Assembly: GCA_041695225.1 (NCBI GenBank)
Contig: JBGFRI010000004.1
Span: 53,683 to 117,682, forward strand
DNA length: 64,000 nucleotides
Direction of reading: 5' to 3'
Source of the DNA: Deinococcota bacterium
GTDB taxonomy: Bacteria > Deinococcota > Deinococci > Deinococcales > Thermaceae
Position 1 is the stretch's first letter. Every line of letters starts with the position of its first letter. The position numbers were made by a program, and so were the translations under genes. Shown piece by piece: positions 12,175 to 21,171 of the stretch. Under the pieces are notes generated by a model that searched no databases, was not told the DNA's origin, and saw only the letters and a program-made list of their open reading frames with translations.

Positions 12175-12191
12175 TTCTGTTTGCATCAGAA
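12175..12191. promoter_or_regulatory. RDRM-like (DdrO-type) 17-bp operator over the uvrB -35 region
   Basis: TTCTGTTTGCATCAGAA, 16/17 against the Deinococcus RDRM consensus as recalled (TTMYGYYNNNRRCRKAA); uvrB -10 TATACT at 12154-12159 on the minus strand. Confidence 0.65.
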
Positions 12192-12224
12192 CACAATCCC
12201 GGCAGGTATGCTAACATATGTCAT

Positions 12225-12488
12225 ATGAAGCGCACCACCATTTATCTGGATGCCGAGCTCGAGTTCAGGCTAAAGCTCGAGGCCCGGCGCAATAAAAAAT
12301 CCATGGCCGAGCTAATCCGCGAAGCACTGCACAAAAGCCTGCCCCCCCGGCCCCGCTCCAAGTACGCTGGCGTTTTTGACAGCGGTCACACCGACACTGC
12401 CGAACGGGCCGAAGAGATACTAGCAGAAGGTTTTGGCCTGGACTCTCTTGCCCCCGAGCAGCGAGAGGCCTGGGAGCGCTCGCGTTAA
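12225..12488 (+). CDS. CopG/RHH antitoxin
   Basis: MKRTTIYLD...SMAELIREAL; precedes a PIN gene. Confidence 0.85.
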   Translation: MKRTTIYLDAELEFRLKLEARRNKKSMAELIREALHKSLPPRPRSKYAGVFDSGHTDTAERAEEILAEGFGLDSLAPEQREAWERSR

Positions 12489-12490
12489 GC

Positions 12491-12913
12491 ATGGCCCTTC
12501 TGGTAGATAGCGGTATTCTGTTTGCGTACTACGACCGCAAAGACCGCTGGCACGCCGAATCCAGGCAACTACTGGATGCCGAAGAAAACCTGGTGCTCCC
12601 GGCTCCCATCCTTCCTGAGACCGACTACTTACTGGCCACTCGTGTGGGTAAGGGTGGTCAGCTCGCCTTGTATGATGACCTTGCCCTGGGAGTTTACAGG
12701 GTATCCGACCTAAGCCCTCTCGGCTATGGCCGGGTCTACGACCTCAACCAGCAGTACGCCGACCTGCGCCTGGGCTTTGTGGATGCTGCGGTAATTACCA
12801 TTGCCGAGGAACTGGACATTGGCCGCATCGCCACCACCGACCGACGGCACTTTGCTGTGGTCAAGGCTAAAATCCCCCTTATTTTGCTTCCTGAACTGCT
12901 CACCACACCGTAG
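12491..12913 (+). CDS. VapC PIN-domain toxin
   Basis: LLVDSG...E...LGFVDA...IATTDRRHF. Confidence 0.9.
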   Translation: MALLVDSGILFAYYDRKDRWHAESRQLLDAEENLVLPAPILPETDYLLATRVGKGGQLALYDDLALGVYRVSDLSPLGYGRVYDLNQQYADLRLGFVDAAVITIAEELDIGRIATTDRRHFAVVKAKIPLILLPELLTTP

Positions 12914-13292
12914 CCACTCCCAGGGTTTGAATTCTGGGGTCATCGGTAAGCAGCAGGGCCTGCTCAACCTGGGATTGGGCAGCCAAAATACGGTCAAAAG
13001 GGTCTTTATGTTCAGATGGAAAGCCTGGGGCCAAAACGCAGTGGACGCCTCGGATAAACAGCTCCTCGGCGCGGAACGTGCGCAGGTAGGTGGGGTAGTT
13101 GGCCAGAAAACTTTCACCTACTGCTAGCTTACCCAGGCGGGTTTTGACGGCAATTTCCCATAGCGAAGCACTACTTACTAGCCGGATATTTTCTGGATTC
13201 TGGATCAAGTCTCTGACCTTGGCGGACAGTTTGGCAGGCTGGTGCAGCGACCAGAGCAGGGTATGGGTGTCCAGCAGCAGCTTTATTGCCAC
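12900..13292 (-). CDS. VapC PIN-domain toxin
   Basis: LLLDTHTLLW, SSASLWEI, HKDPFDRILAAQ. Confidence 0.9.
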   Translation of the reverse strand: MAIKLLLDTHTLLWSLHQPAKLSAKVRDLIQNPENIRLVSSASLWEIAVKTRLGKLAVGESFLANYPTYLRTFRAEELFIRGVHCVLAPGFPSEHKDPFDRILAAQSQVEQALLLTDDPRIQTLGVATVW

Positions 13293-13510
13293 CCTTGTAA
13301 CTCCTCCTCGGGCAAGGGTTCAAAAAAAGCCTCCTCAATTTCGCCTTGCAAGAAGCCCAGCGGCACTTTTTCCAGCTTTTCCAGAGGAACCAGCCTGGCA
13401 TAGGGCTTGCCATACTTGGACAGGATAATCTCTTCCCCAGCATGGGCGCGCTCGAGCAGCTCCGATAAATGCGCTTTTGCTTTATGCACACTGATGGTTT
13501 TCACAAGCAT
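13283..13510 (-). CDS. Phd/YefM antitoxin
   Basis: VHKAKAHLSELLERAHAGEEIILSKYGKPYARLVP. Confidence 0.9.
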   Translation of the reverse strand: MLVKTISVHKAKAHLSELLERAHAGEEIILSKYGKPYARLVPLEKLEKVPLGFLQGEIEEAFFEPLPEEELQGWQ

Positions 13511-13617
13511 CAGTTTACATTAGTTGGTCAACTTGTTCTATCCAACATACACCTCACTGTACTATGCCAGTAAACTGTTTCTGCTCGGGTGCAGGATGAT
13601 CCCCCTTACCCCCGACG

Positions 13618-13735
13618 ATCCCCCCAACCCCCTTTAGCAAGAGGGCTGAAAGAGCCCCGTAGCAAGGGAGGTTTCTATGAGCTGCGTGCACTCGTGGCCA
13701 CGAAACGGAAGGGAGTTTCCTGGTAGACATACTCG
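13618..13735. repeat. Repeat family C
   Basis: Reverse complement matches 37640-37780 (gaaactccctt...gcagctcatagaaa...gctacggggctctttca). Confidence 0.75.
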
Positions 13736-13887
13736 TGCACGGCCTGGTCTGGGCATAGAGAGACAATGCCCCACGAGGGAGGGGAGGTGAGACTCCTATC
13801 CTCCTGGCAAACGTCCAATCCGCACAAGAGCCCGAAGAGCCTTTTTACTTCACCGATCTAATGGGTCTGGCACCCAGGTGCTTCGAC

Positions 13888-14961
13888 CTACAGACCCACA
13901 AACCGCCCGTTCTCCTGCAACACCTGGCCATCGGCCAGAACCCTTCCCCCCTGGCGCAGATCCAGAATCAGATCCCAGTGTATGGAGGAGTGATTGGTTC
14001 CGCCGGTCTCGGCGTAGCTTTGCCCCAGAGCCAGATGCACCGTACCGCCGATTTTTTCGTCGTAAAGGATCAGGCCGGTAGGACGGTTGATGCCAAAGTT
14101 GGTACCGATGCCTAGCTCGCCCAAGTAGCGTGCTCCTGGGTCGGCCTCGAGCATCCTGGTCAGGTACTCCTCGCCTACCTGGGCGCTTGCCTCCACCACC
14201 CGACCCTGGTGAAAGAAGAGGCGCACCCCTGCCACCCGTTGCCCCGAGACCACCGCCGGCAGGTTGAAGCAGACCTCCCCTTCGGCAGAAGACTCGATAG
14301 GGCCGGTAAAAACCTCGCCCGAGGGCATGTTGCGCCTGCCGTCGGAATTAATCCAGGTGCGCCCTTCTACCAAAAGCCGCAGGTCGGTTCTATCGGCCTG
14401 GATGCGAATTTCTTTTACCTTTTGCAGGCGCTGGATCAGGCTGGCCTGGAAGGCAGACAGCTCACGCCAGGCGGCCGTCGGGTCGGGGCGATCGAGGTAC
14501 AGGGCCCGTTCCACAAAAGCCCGAAAGGCTGCAGTGGGCATTCCGGCTTGCTGGGCATAGCCTGCGGTGGGATAAAGGGTCAGGCACCACCGCTTGCTCA
14601 TGCGCTTTTGCAGGTAGGGCCGCCATCCGGTGCGGTACTGGGCTATGCGAGCCGGAGGGACATCGCTTAGCTCGAGCGGGTTTTGGGCGCTCTCGATACG
14701 CAGGCTGGCATCGCATTGTTCGAGCAGCTGCATCTGGGCCGCCGGGACCTTATCTAACCACCCACCCCCGCTTAGAAAAAAGGGTCTAAAGACCGATGCT
14801 GGAAAAAGCTGGACGATGGGATAGGCGCCGCGCTCTAAAACCGCCGGGTATAGCGCTTCAAGCAGCGACATGGCAGCGGGCTCGGCCTCGATCAGGACAG
14901 TCTGTCCGAGCTGCAGATCCAGGCAGTAGTCGGTAAGCAAGTTGGCGAAACGGGTCTCCAT
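13888..14961 (-). CDS. M29-family (AmpT/AmpS-like) aminopeptidase
   Basis: NMPSGEVFT, LGELGIG, LYDEKIGGTVHLALG, SSIHWD. Confidence 0.92.
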   Translation of the reverse strand: METRFANLLTDYCLDLQLGQTVLIEAEPAAMSLLEALYPAVLERGAYPIVQLFPASVFRPFFLSGGGWLDKVPAAQMQLLEQCDASLRIESAQNPLELSDVPPARIAQYRTGWRPYLQKRMSKRWCLTLYPTAGYAQQAGMPTAAFRAFVERALYLDRPDPTAAWRELSAFQASLIQRLQKVKEIRIQADRTDLRLLVEGRTWINSDGRRNMPSGEVFTGPIESSAEGEVCFNLPAVVSGQRVAGVRLFFHQGRVVEASAQVGEEYLTRMLEADPGARYLGELGIGTNFGINRPTGLILYDEKIGGTVHLALGQSYAETGGTNHSSIHWDLILDLRQGGRVLADGQVLQENGRFVGL

Positions 14962-15130
14962 ATCCCCAGTTATACCTGTCCGGCAAGCAGCCGGCGATCC
15001 CAGAGCAGCCCTGAGCGCAGCCCAGAACGCTCAGATCAGGCGATCATGACAGGATATTTGACCGATCAGGTTCGTTTGCACAGGCATTTGCCCGCTAAAT
15101 TCGTAACTTCTGCGCTATGATGTAGAAAGC

Positions 15131-16483
15131 ATGAGCGAAATCAAAATAACCCCGCTGGCCCGTCGTCTGGCGGAAGAAAACGGCATAGATTGGCGGCAAA
15201 TTAGAGGCACTGGCCCCGATGGCACCGTGGTCGAACGGGATATTTTGGCCTTCCTGGCCAGGGTAATGGCTGGTGAGGTCAACCTGCCCCCAGTTCCAGA
15301 GGACGTGGCCCCTCAGACTGGCTCCGTCCCCAATCTGGCCCAGGCCCAGGCGGCCTTACAGAAGGAGGGGGTAGAGCTTGGCGACCTGATGCCGCCAGCC
15401 CCGGCTACCACCCCGCCCGCACCCACTACCACCCCGCCCGCACCGCCCCCCCAGTCGGCTGCTCCCTCCGTGGACGACCTCGAGTTCGACCTCGACCTCG
15501 ACCTCGACGCCCCGACCTCGCCTTTGGCGCCAGCAGTCTTCGAGGAGGCGCCATCGCTGGTACCCGAGCCGTCCCTGGTCTCAGACTTCGAAGAGCCCGA
15601 GCCGCTGGCTGCCAGCAAACCCCTTCCCACGCTTCAGTGGGAAGATCCGGAGCCTGTTTCCAGCCCTCCAGCCTCTGCCGGGCCCTGGTCGGGAGTTGAT
15701 CCCGAGCTGGCAGCCCTACCACCCCTGCCCAGCGAGACCGACCTCGAGCCTGTCAGCAGCGCTCCCAAGCTGATCTGGGAAACCCAGGAGGTTGTGGTCG
15801 CGCCCGAGGTCCCACCCGCTACAGCCAGTCCGTTGCAGGCCGGAATGAGCTTTACCAACATCCCCAACCCTACCCCTGCCGGCCCGGTAGCCTCACCCGC
15901 TCCTGAAGCCGCGGCAGAGACCCCGCCCGCTCCACCGGCAGAGCAGCAGACGCCGCCCGAACCGACGGGTACCCCCCTACCCATCCCCACGGCGCTGGCT
16001 GCCTCCCCTGCGGTGAAAGCAGTGCGGGTACAGGCCTGGCAGCGCCTGGTCGAGATTGGCCCCGCGCAAGACGCTGCCCAGGCCCTGAGCGAGGCCTGGC
16101 GGGTCGAGGTTGGGCTATACCCCTTGCTATACCGCGCGGTGGACAAAGCCCTGGCCGACACCCAGACCCCTCTGCGCGCCACCAAGGGCAGCCTCGAGGG
16201 CGACCAGCTACAAAGCCTGCGGGTCACCCCCGCCCAGTCGCTACGCGGCGCGCTCGACTCCCTCGGCATGGCTTCCGAGCCCGGCGAGGGCCTAACGGTG
16301 CTCTCGCTGGTAGATACTCATTTCGATCAGGTGATTTTTCCCGGCACACCCACCCTCACCCTGGGCCGGGCCAGTGGTGGCCATGCCCTGCTCTCACTTT
16401 CGGGCCAGATGGAGTCTGACCAGGCCGGAAAACTCCTTGAGCGCATCGCCTACTACCTCGAGCGCCCCATCCTGCTGGCCTAG
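15131..16483 (+). CDS. E3-binding (PSBD) domain protein with Pro-rich linker and degenerate E2-like C-terminus
   Basis: ITPLARRLAEENGIDWRQIRGTGPDGTVVERDI; C-terminus LLERIAYYLERPILLA. Confidence 0.75.
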   Translation: MSEIKITPLARRLAEENGIDWRQIRGTGPDGTVVERDILAFLARVMAGEVNLPPVPEDVAPQTGSVPNLAQAQAALQKEGVELGDLMPPAPATTPPAPTTTPPAPPPQSAAPSVDDLEFDLDLDLDAPTSPLAPAVFEEAPSLVPEPSLVSDFEEPEPLAASKPLPTLQWEDPEPVSSPPASAGPWSGVDPELAALPPLPSETDLEPVSSAPKLIWETQEVVVAPEVPPATASPLQAGMSFTNIPNPTPAGPVASPAPEAAAETPPAPPAEQQTPPEPTGTPLPIPTALAASPAVKAVRVQAWQRLVEIGPAQDAAQALSEAWRVEVGLYPLLYRAVDKALADTQTPLRATKGSLEGDQLQSLRVTPAQSLRGALDSLGMASEPGEGLTVLSLVDTHFDQVIFPGTPTLTLGRASGGHALLSLSGQMESDQAGKLLERIAYYLERPILLA

Positions 16484-16549
16484 GTTTTTTGCGCTTAACT
16501 TCGCTTAAGACAGGACTTACATACCTCGGGCCTGTAGTACCCTCGAGGC

Positions 16550-17053
16550 ATGAAACCCCTCGCCTTGCTGGCTCTCCTGGCAGGTCTTGTCATAACCCTT
16601 TCTAGCTGCGTAATTGTTGCGCCCCCAGCCTTCCGTTTCGACAGCAACTGGCAGCGCACCACCGACGGCGCTTGGGTTTTCTGCAGCAACCGGTATACGG
16701 TGATGCGCTACAGCTTTCCTGGCCCGGCCGATATATCTTGGATTCATAGTGTCACCGAGGTATACCACGGCTACGCCAGTAGTAACACCGTGCGTTGGGA
16801 TCGCCCAAGAACACATCTGACTCGAGTTGCAGGCCGCTGGGAAGTTACTGTGTTGATCCGTGATGGTAGTCGTATGCTCGTACCGCAGCACCTGCCCCCA
16901 GACGTCGAACAGCAGACCATAGTGGTGACCCCCATTGCCCCCCCTTTTCCTGCCCTAGTAGGGACCACCATGGTCACGGTAATGGTCAAAATGACCGATG
17001 GCAGAAGTATCTCCGGTTCGTATCCCTTCGATGTCTACGCTCACTGTCCGTAA
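16550..17053 (+). CDS. Hypothetical lipoprotein
   Basis: Signal peptide with lipobox LSSC. Confidence 0.7.
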   Translation: MKPLALLALLAGLVITLSSCVIVAPPAFRFDSNWQRTTDGAWVFCSNRYTVMRYSFPGPADISWIHSVTEVYHGYASSNTVRWDRPRTHLTRVAGRWEVTVLIRDGSRMLVPQHLPPDVEQQTIVVTPIAPPFPALVGTTMVTVMVKMTDGRSISGSYPFDVYAHCP

Positions 17054-17060
17054 ATAGGAG

Positions 17061-17432
17061 TTGAATCCGATGCTTCGCACCTTTTTACTTCTGCTGCTGA
17101 CGCTGGTCCTGTCGTCTTGTGTTCTGCTGGTCGAAGACGATGACCGGATACGCGTCCAGCCGGTTATCCCGGTCATCCCGGTGGAGCTGGGCATTGTGAC
17201 CCCTGGGCCGGGAACCTTCACCTACCGGTGCATTGGGGGTACGCTGGTAGTGAATTATGTAGATAGCCATAGCCTGCGCCTGTTTTACGACGGCGCCTGG
17301 CGGGGCCTGGGTGTGGTGCGCCGTAGCCCAACGCTGCTGTTTAGCGGAGGGGTTTATACCTGGGAGTGGACCGGAATCCGGGGCACCCTTTGGGTGAGGG
17401 GCCGGGTGGTGCTGAGCCACTGCACCCTGTAA
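17061..17432 (+). CDS. Lipoprotein with an MliC-like domain
   Basis: Lipobox LSSC; YRC...LVVNY...FYDG...YTW...VLSHC pattern. Confidence 0.65.
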   Translation: MNPMLRTFLLLLLTLVLSSCVLLVEDDDRIRVQPVIPVIPVELGIVTPGPGTFTYRCIGGTLVVNYVDSHSLRLFYDGAWRGLGVVRRSPTLLFSGGVYTWEWTGIRGTLWVRGRVVLSHCTL

Positions 17433-17454
17433 ACACCCCGGTAGTGGAGAGTGT

Positions 17455-18780
17455 ATGAAAAAGATTGTCGGCTTACTGGGTCTGGCCCTGGTCTCGTCGG
17501 CCCTGGCCCAGCACCTGCGACCCCAGAGCATTATTGTCAACCCCACGCCCCCGCCAGACCTGGTGGTGCGGGTCTGGGTAGACAAAGACCCTGCCAATAC
17601 CGGCAACCCGGTCTACCGGTTTGGCGAAAACATGCAGATCTCGGTTCAGGTGACCCAGCAGGCCTACGTCTACCTGTTTAGCGTGGGGGCTACCGGCCAG
17701 ATTGAGCCTATCCTGCCCAACCCCTTCGAGCCAGTTAACCTGTTGCGGGCCGGCGAGGTTCGCACCTTCCCCGGCCCCGGGGCAGGCTACACCTTTACCG
17801 TTCAGCCCCCTCCCGGCCAGGCCCGGGTGCTGGCCGTGGCCAGCCGCCGGCCCCTTGATGTATCGGAGATTATCAACATCCAGACCGGCGAGGCCCGCAT
17901 CAAGGGCGAGGAAGACCTGGCCCGCGCGCTCTCGATTGTGGTCAGGCCCATTCCCACCCACGACTGGGCGACCGACGAGGCCTTTTACATTGCCGGGCAC
18001 TGGGTGCCACCCCCCACAGGAACCCTTTTGCTGCACAGCATTCCGGCTGGGGCCCAGGTCTGGATTGGCGGGGCTTTGGTGGGGCATACCCCGCTTACCC
18101 TCGAGCTCAGTCCGGGCGCCTATCACCTCGAGCTTCGCCTTAGTGGCTTCCATACCCTTCGCACCAGCTTTAGCATCCGGGCCAGCGAGGTCACCCGGCT
18201 AAACCTGCCGCTCATTGCCCTGCCCCCACCCACTGGGGTGCTGCTGGTGGAGAGCTGGTGGCCCCCGAGTGTCCAGGTGTGGTTGGATGGTCGGCTGGTG
18301 GGCCATACCCCGCTCAGCATCAGTCTGTCGCCCGGCTTTTACACCGTAGAGCTGCGCCAGCCCGGCTTCCACTCCTTCCGTACCCGCGTGGCTATTCACG
18401 CAGGTCGCACCTCGCGGGTTAGCACCAGCCTGGTGGCCCTTCCTCCCCCACCCCCGGTACGCCCGGTTCCTCCACCGCCAGTACGTCCGGTACCCCCGCC
18501 CCCGGTTCGGCCGGTACCTCCCCCGGTTCACCCCGTGCCGCCGGTTCGCCCGGTTCCCACCGGTACCTTCACCTATACTTGCGAGGGCGGCACGCTGGTG
18601 GTCAACTACATCAGCCCCAGCCAGGTGCGGGTTTTTTACGATGGGGCCTTCCACACCCTGACCCTGGTTCGCAGCGCCCCCGAGCTGGTCTTCACCGACC
18701 ACATCTTTACCTGGGAGCGCGGCCGGTTTGGGCGGCTCTTGGTGCGGGGGCAGGTGGTCTTGTTCAACTGCAGAATCTGA
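17455..18780 (+). CDS. Secreted DUF4384 + 2x PEGA domain protein with PVRP repeats and C-terminal MliC-like domain
   Basis: Signal peptide; PQSIIVNP...AYVYLF...ILPN; two GxL.V.S.P.GAQVW..G..VG.TP PEGA repeats; PPPVRPV repeats. Confidence 0.75.
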   Translation: MKKIVGLLGLALVSSALAQHLRPQSIIVNPTPPPDLVVRVWVDKDPANTGNPVYRFGENMQISVQVTQQAYVYLFSVGATGQIEPILPNPFEPVNLLRAGEVRTFPGPGAGYTFTVQPPPGQARVLAVASRRPLDVSEIINIQTGEARIKGEEDLARALSIVVRPIPTHDWATDEAFYIAGHWVPPPTGTLLLHSIPAGAQVWIGGALVGHTPLTLELSPGAYHLELRLSGFHTLRTSFSIRASEVTRLNLPLIALPPPTGVLLVESWWPPSVQVWLDGRLVGHTPLSISLSPGFYTVELRQPGFHSFRTRVAIHAGRTSRVSTSLVALPPPPPVRPVPPPPVRPVPPPPVRPVPPPVHPVPPVRPVPTGTFTYTCEGGTLVVNYISPSQVRVFYDGAFHTLTLVRSAPELVFTDHIFTWERGRFGRLLVRGQVVLFNCRI

Positions 18781-18889
18781 ACTCGAGGCTTCCGGCCTCT
18801 CTAGTCTGAAGTTCCCAACGCTGGACAAAGAGTTTCTGCTGTCTTAAAAATGGTTATATCCCTCTTTTGCCCGGCCATCTTCCTGGGCA

Positions 18890-18962
18890 GGTCCTTCTAC
18901 CCTTGACCCTCGACTATCTGCCATTCACCCTAGACCCTCTGCCCTCGACTCTCGACCCTTCT
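18890..18962. repeat. Heptamer repeats (GACCCTC-type)
   Basis: gaccctc gactatc ... gaccctc tgccctc gactctc gaccctt. Confidence 0.6.
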
Positions 18963-19199
18963 GTACCCAGAGGGCCTCTCCCCGTCTAAAGGCACAGGCG
19001 TTGTAACAGAAGAGTGGCGGTGATGCGCGGAAGATGCAACCTCTACTACATGAGTACCTTCATGCGCCGTTCAGAACTGACATTACCAGTCCCAGTGTTA
19101 ACATTATCTACTTTCATCACCAGGAACTTCTTCAGTCTAGACTGCCGTGGCTTGCGAGTGGGACCTGTAGCCCCGCGCGGGGCTACAGGTCGGGTTTGC

Positions 19200-19550
19200 T
19201 CAGGAGACCGGGGTTACGGCAGCCGCATCCTCCTCGCCGGTGCGGATGCGGTAGACCTTTTCCACCGGCAGGACAAAAATTTTGCCGTCCCCCACTTCCC
19301 CGGTACGTGCGCCGGCCAAAATGGCCCGCACCGTAGGCTCGACAAAGCGATCGGAGACCCCGATCTCGAGGCGCACTTTTTCCGTCAGCTCCATCTTGAC
19401 CGTGACACCCCGGTAGGTCTCGACCCGCTCGGTCTCGCCCCCGTGGCCCTGCACCCGGCTTATAGAAAGGCCCCGCACCTCGGCCTTGAACAGCGCCTCC
19501 AACACGTCACCCAGCTTTTCACTGCGAATGATTGCCACAATCAGTTTCAC
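19200..19550 (-). CDS. glnK: P-II nitrogen regulator
   Basis: T-loop E.YRG, TGEVGDGKIF; directly downstream of amtB. Confidence 0.92.
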   Translation of the reverse strand: MKLIVAIIRSEKLGDVLEALFKAEVRGLSISRVQGHGGETERVETYRGVTVKMELTEKVRLEIGVSDRFVEPTVRAILAGARTGEVGDGKIFVLPVEKVYRIRTGEEDAAAVTPVS

Positions 19551-19560
19551 ACTGCCCTCC

Positions 19561-20922
19561 TTAGTCGGTGCCAGCTACAGGCTTGCGTCCTGCGGGGGGA
19601 GGGGCAGCCTCGGAGTTGACCAGGATTGCGCCCTCGCCGCTGGAGTATGCCCCCTCGCCGTGCTGGGTTGCGTCCATCCCAAGCCCCTCTTCCTTTGCGC
19701 TTGCCTTTAGCGGGGTCAGGGCGCCCACTAACTTGAGCAGTACAAACGTAACCACCCCGCTGTAGGCCATCACCACCACCACCTTTGCCAGCTGAAACAA
19801 AACCTGCTCGGGGTGGCCAGCAATTAAGCCATCGAAGTAGCCATTGAGCGCTTTCTGGGCAAAAACTCCGGTGAAGATGGCCCCAACCAGGCCGGCCACT
19901 CCATGTATCGCAAACACGTCCAGGGAGTCATCAACCCCACTCCTGGCCCGCCATTGCAGGGCGTAATAGCTGGGCAGGGCCCCCAGCGCGCCCATAACCA
20001 GGGCAAAGGTAGGTGATACGTAGGCTGCTGCCGGGGTTATCACTACCAGACCCACCACGATAGCGGTCGCCAGGCCAACCGGGGTAATTTTGCCGGTGCG
20101 CAGTAGGTCGGTCAGAAACCAGACCACTACCGCAGCCGCCGGGGCCAGAATGGTATTGGCCAGGGCCAGGGCCGCACTCGGGCTAGCCGCCCAGGCGCTG
20201 CCAGCATTAAAGCCAAACCAGCCGAACCAGAGCAGCGCCGCGCCCAGCAGCACAAAGGGCACGTTGTGAGGCAGGATGGCCTGGCGCCCATAGTCCTTAC
20301 GAACACCCAGCACCAGTGCGGCAACCAGGGCTGCAACCCCAGCATTGATGTGCACCACCGTTCCACCGGCAAAGTCCCAGGCGCCCAGGTCGGCCAGAAA
20401 CCCCCCACCCCAGACCCATTTGGCCACCGGGGCGTAAACTGCCAGGCTCCACAGGGTAATGAAGAGCAGGAAGGCCGGGAAGCGCATCCGCTCCACCACC
20501 GCACCGGCAATTAGCGCCGCGGTAATGATGGCAAAAGTACCCTGAAAGACCATCCAGAGCAGGTGGGGGAAGGTGATGCCGACAATGGCCCCGGTAATAT
20601 CCAGGCCCACGTTGCTGAGCAAGAAAAAGCGCAGGTCGCCGATAAAGTTGCCCTCTCCCGACAGAGCCAGGGTATAACCCAGCAATGCCCAGGCCACGGC
20701 CACAAAACCCAGCGCCGAGAAGCTCATCATCATGGTGTTGAGGGCATTTTTGGAGCGCACCAGCCCACCATAAAAGAACGCCAGGGCCGGCGTCATCAGC
20801 AGCACCAGTGCTGTAGCAAGCATCATCCAGGCCGTATCCGCAGCGCTAAATACCGGTTCCTGGGCAAACGCCAGATTCGCCAACCCGATAAGCAGAACCC
20901 CTAAAGAGACATTTTTCATCAA
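19561..20922 (-). CDS. amtB: Ammonium transporter
   Basis: DFAGGTVVH, LLWFGWFGFNAGS, DDSLDVFAIHG. Confidence 0.96.
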   Translation of the reverse strand: MMKNVSLGVLLIGLANLAFAQEPVFSAADTAWMMLATALVLLMTPALAFFYGGLVRSKNALNTMMMSFSALGFVAVAWALLGYTLALSGEGNFIGDLRFFLLSNVGLDITGAIVGITFPHLLWMVFQGTFAIITAALIAGAVVERMRFPAFLLFITLWSLAVYAPVAKWVWGGGFLADLGAWDFAGGTVVHINAGVAALVAALVLGVRKDYGRQAILPHNVPFVLLGAALLWFGWFGFNAGSAWAASPSAALALANTILAPAAAVVVWFLTDLLRTGKITPVGLATAIVVGLVVITPAAAYVSPTFALVMGALGALPSYYALQWRARSGVDDSLDVFAIHGVAGLVGAIFTGVFAQKALNGYFDGLIAGHPEQVLFQLAKVVVVMAYSGVVTFVLLKLVGALTPLKASAKEEGLGMDATQHGEGAYSSGEGAILVNSEAAPPPAGRKPVAGTD

Positions 20923-20942
20923 CCCTTCACCTCCTGGGCAAG

Positions 20943-20995
20943 AGATTACCGGAGTGGTTGCATATTGTCAACTCAAATTGTGACATATGTTCATA
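20943..20995 (-). promoter_or_regulatory. amtB promoter with an upstream GlnR/TnrA-like box
   Basis: Minus-strand TTGACA-N17-TAATCT (20971-20943); TGTGA-N7-TCATA at 20979-20995. Confidence 0.55.
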
Positions 20996-21171
20996 AAGGT
21001 GCTCACATAATGCCATATACGTCCGTATTATGAGACATGCTGCGGCTAAATATTTACCGGATGTCATTCGAAGAGCACACACGCAGTTGTGACTGGCTGC
21101 CTGGCCAGACCAGACAATGCAACCCGCAATACCACAGATGGCTGCTTTGGTTCTAAACTGGAAAATGGATC

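Noticed and set aside
21000..21171. CIRCE element upstream of hrcA
   Set aside because: No TTAGCACTC-N9-GAGTGCTAA is present
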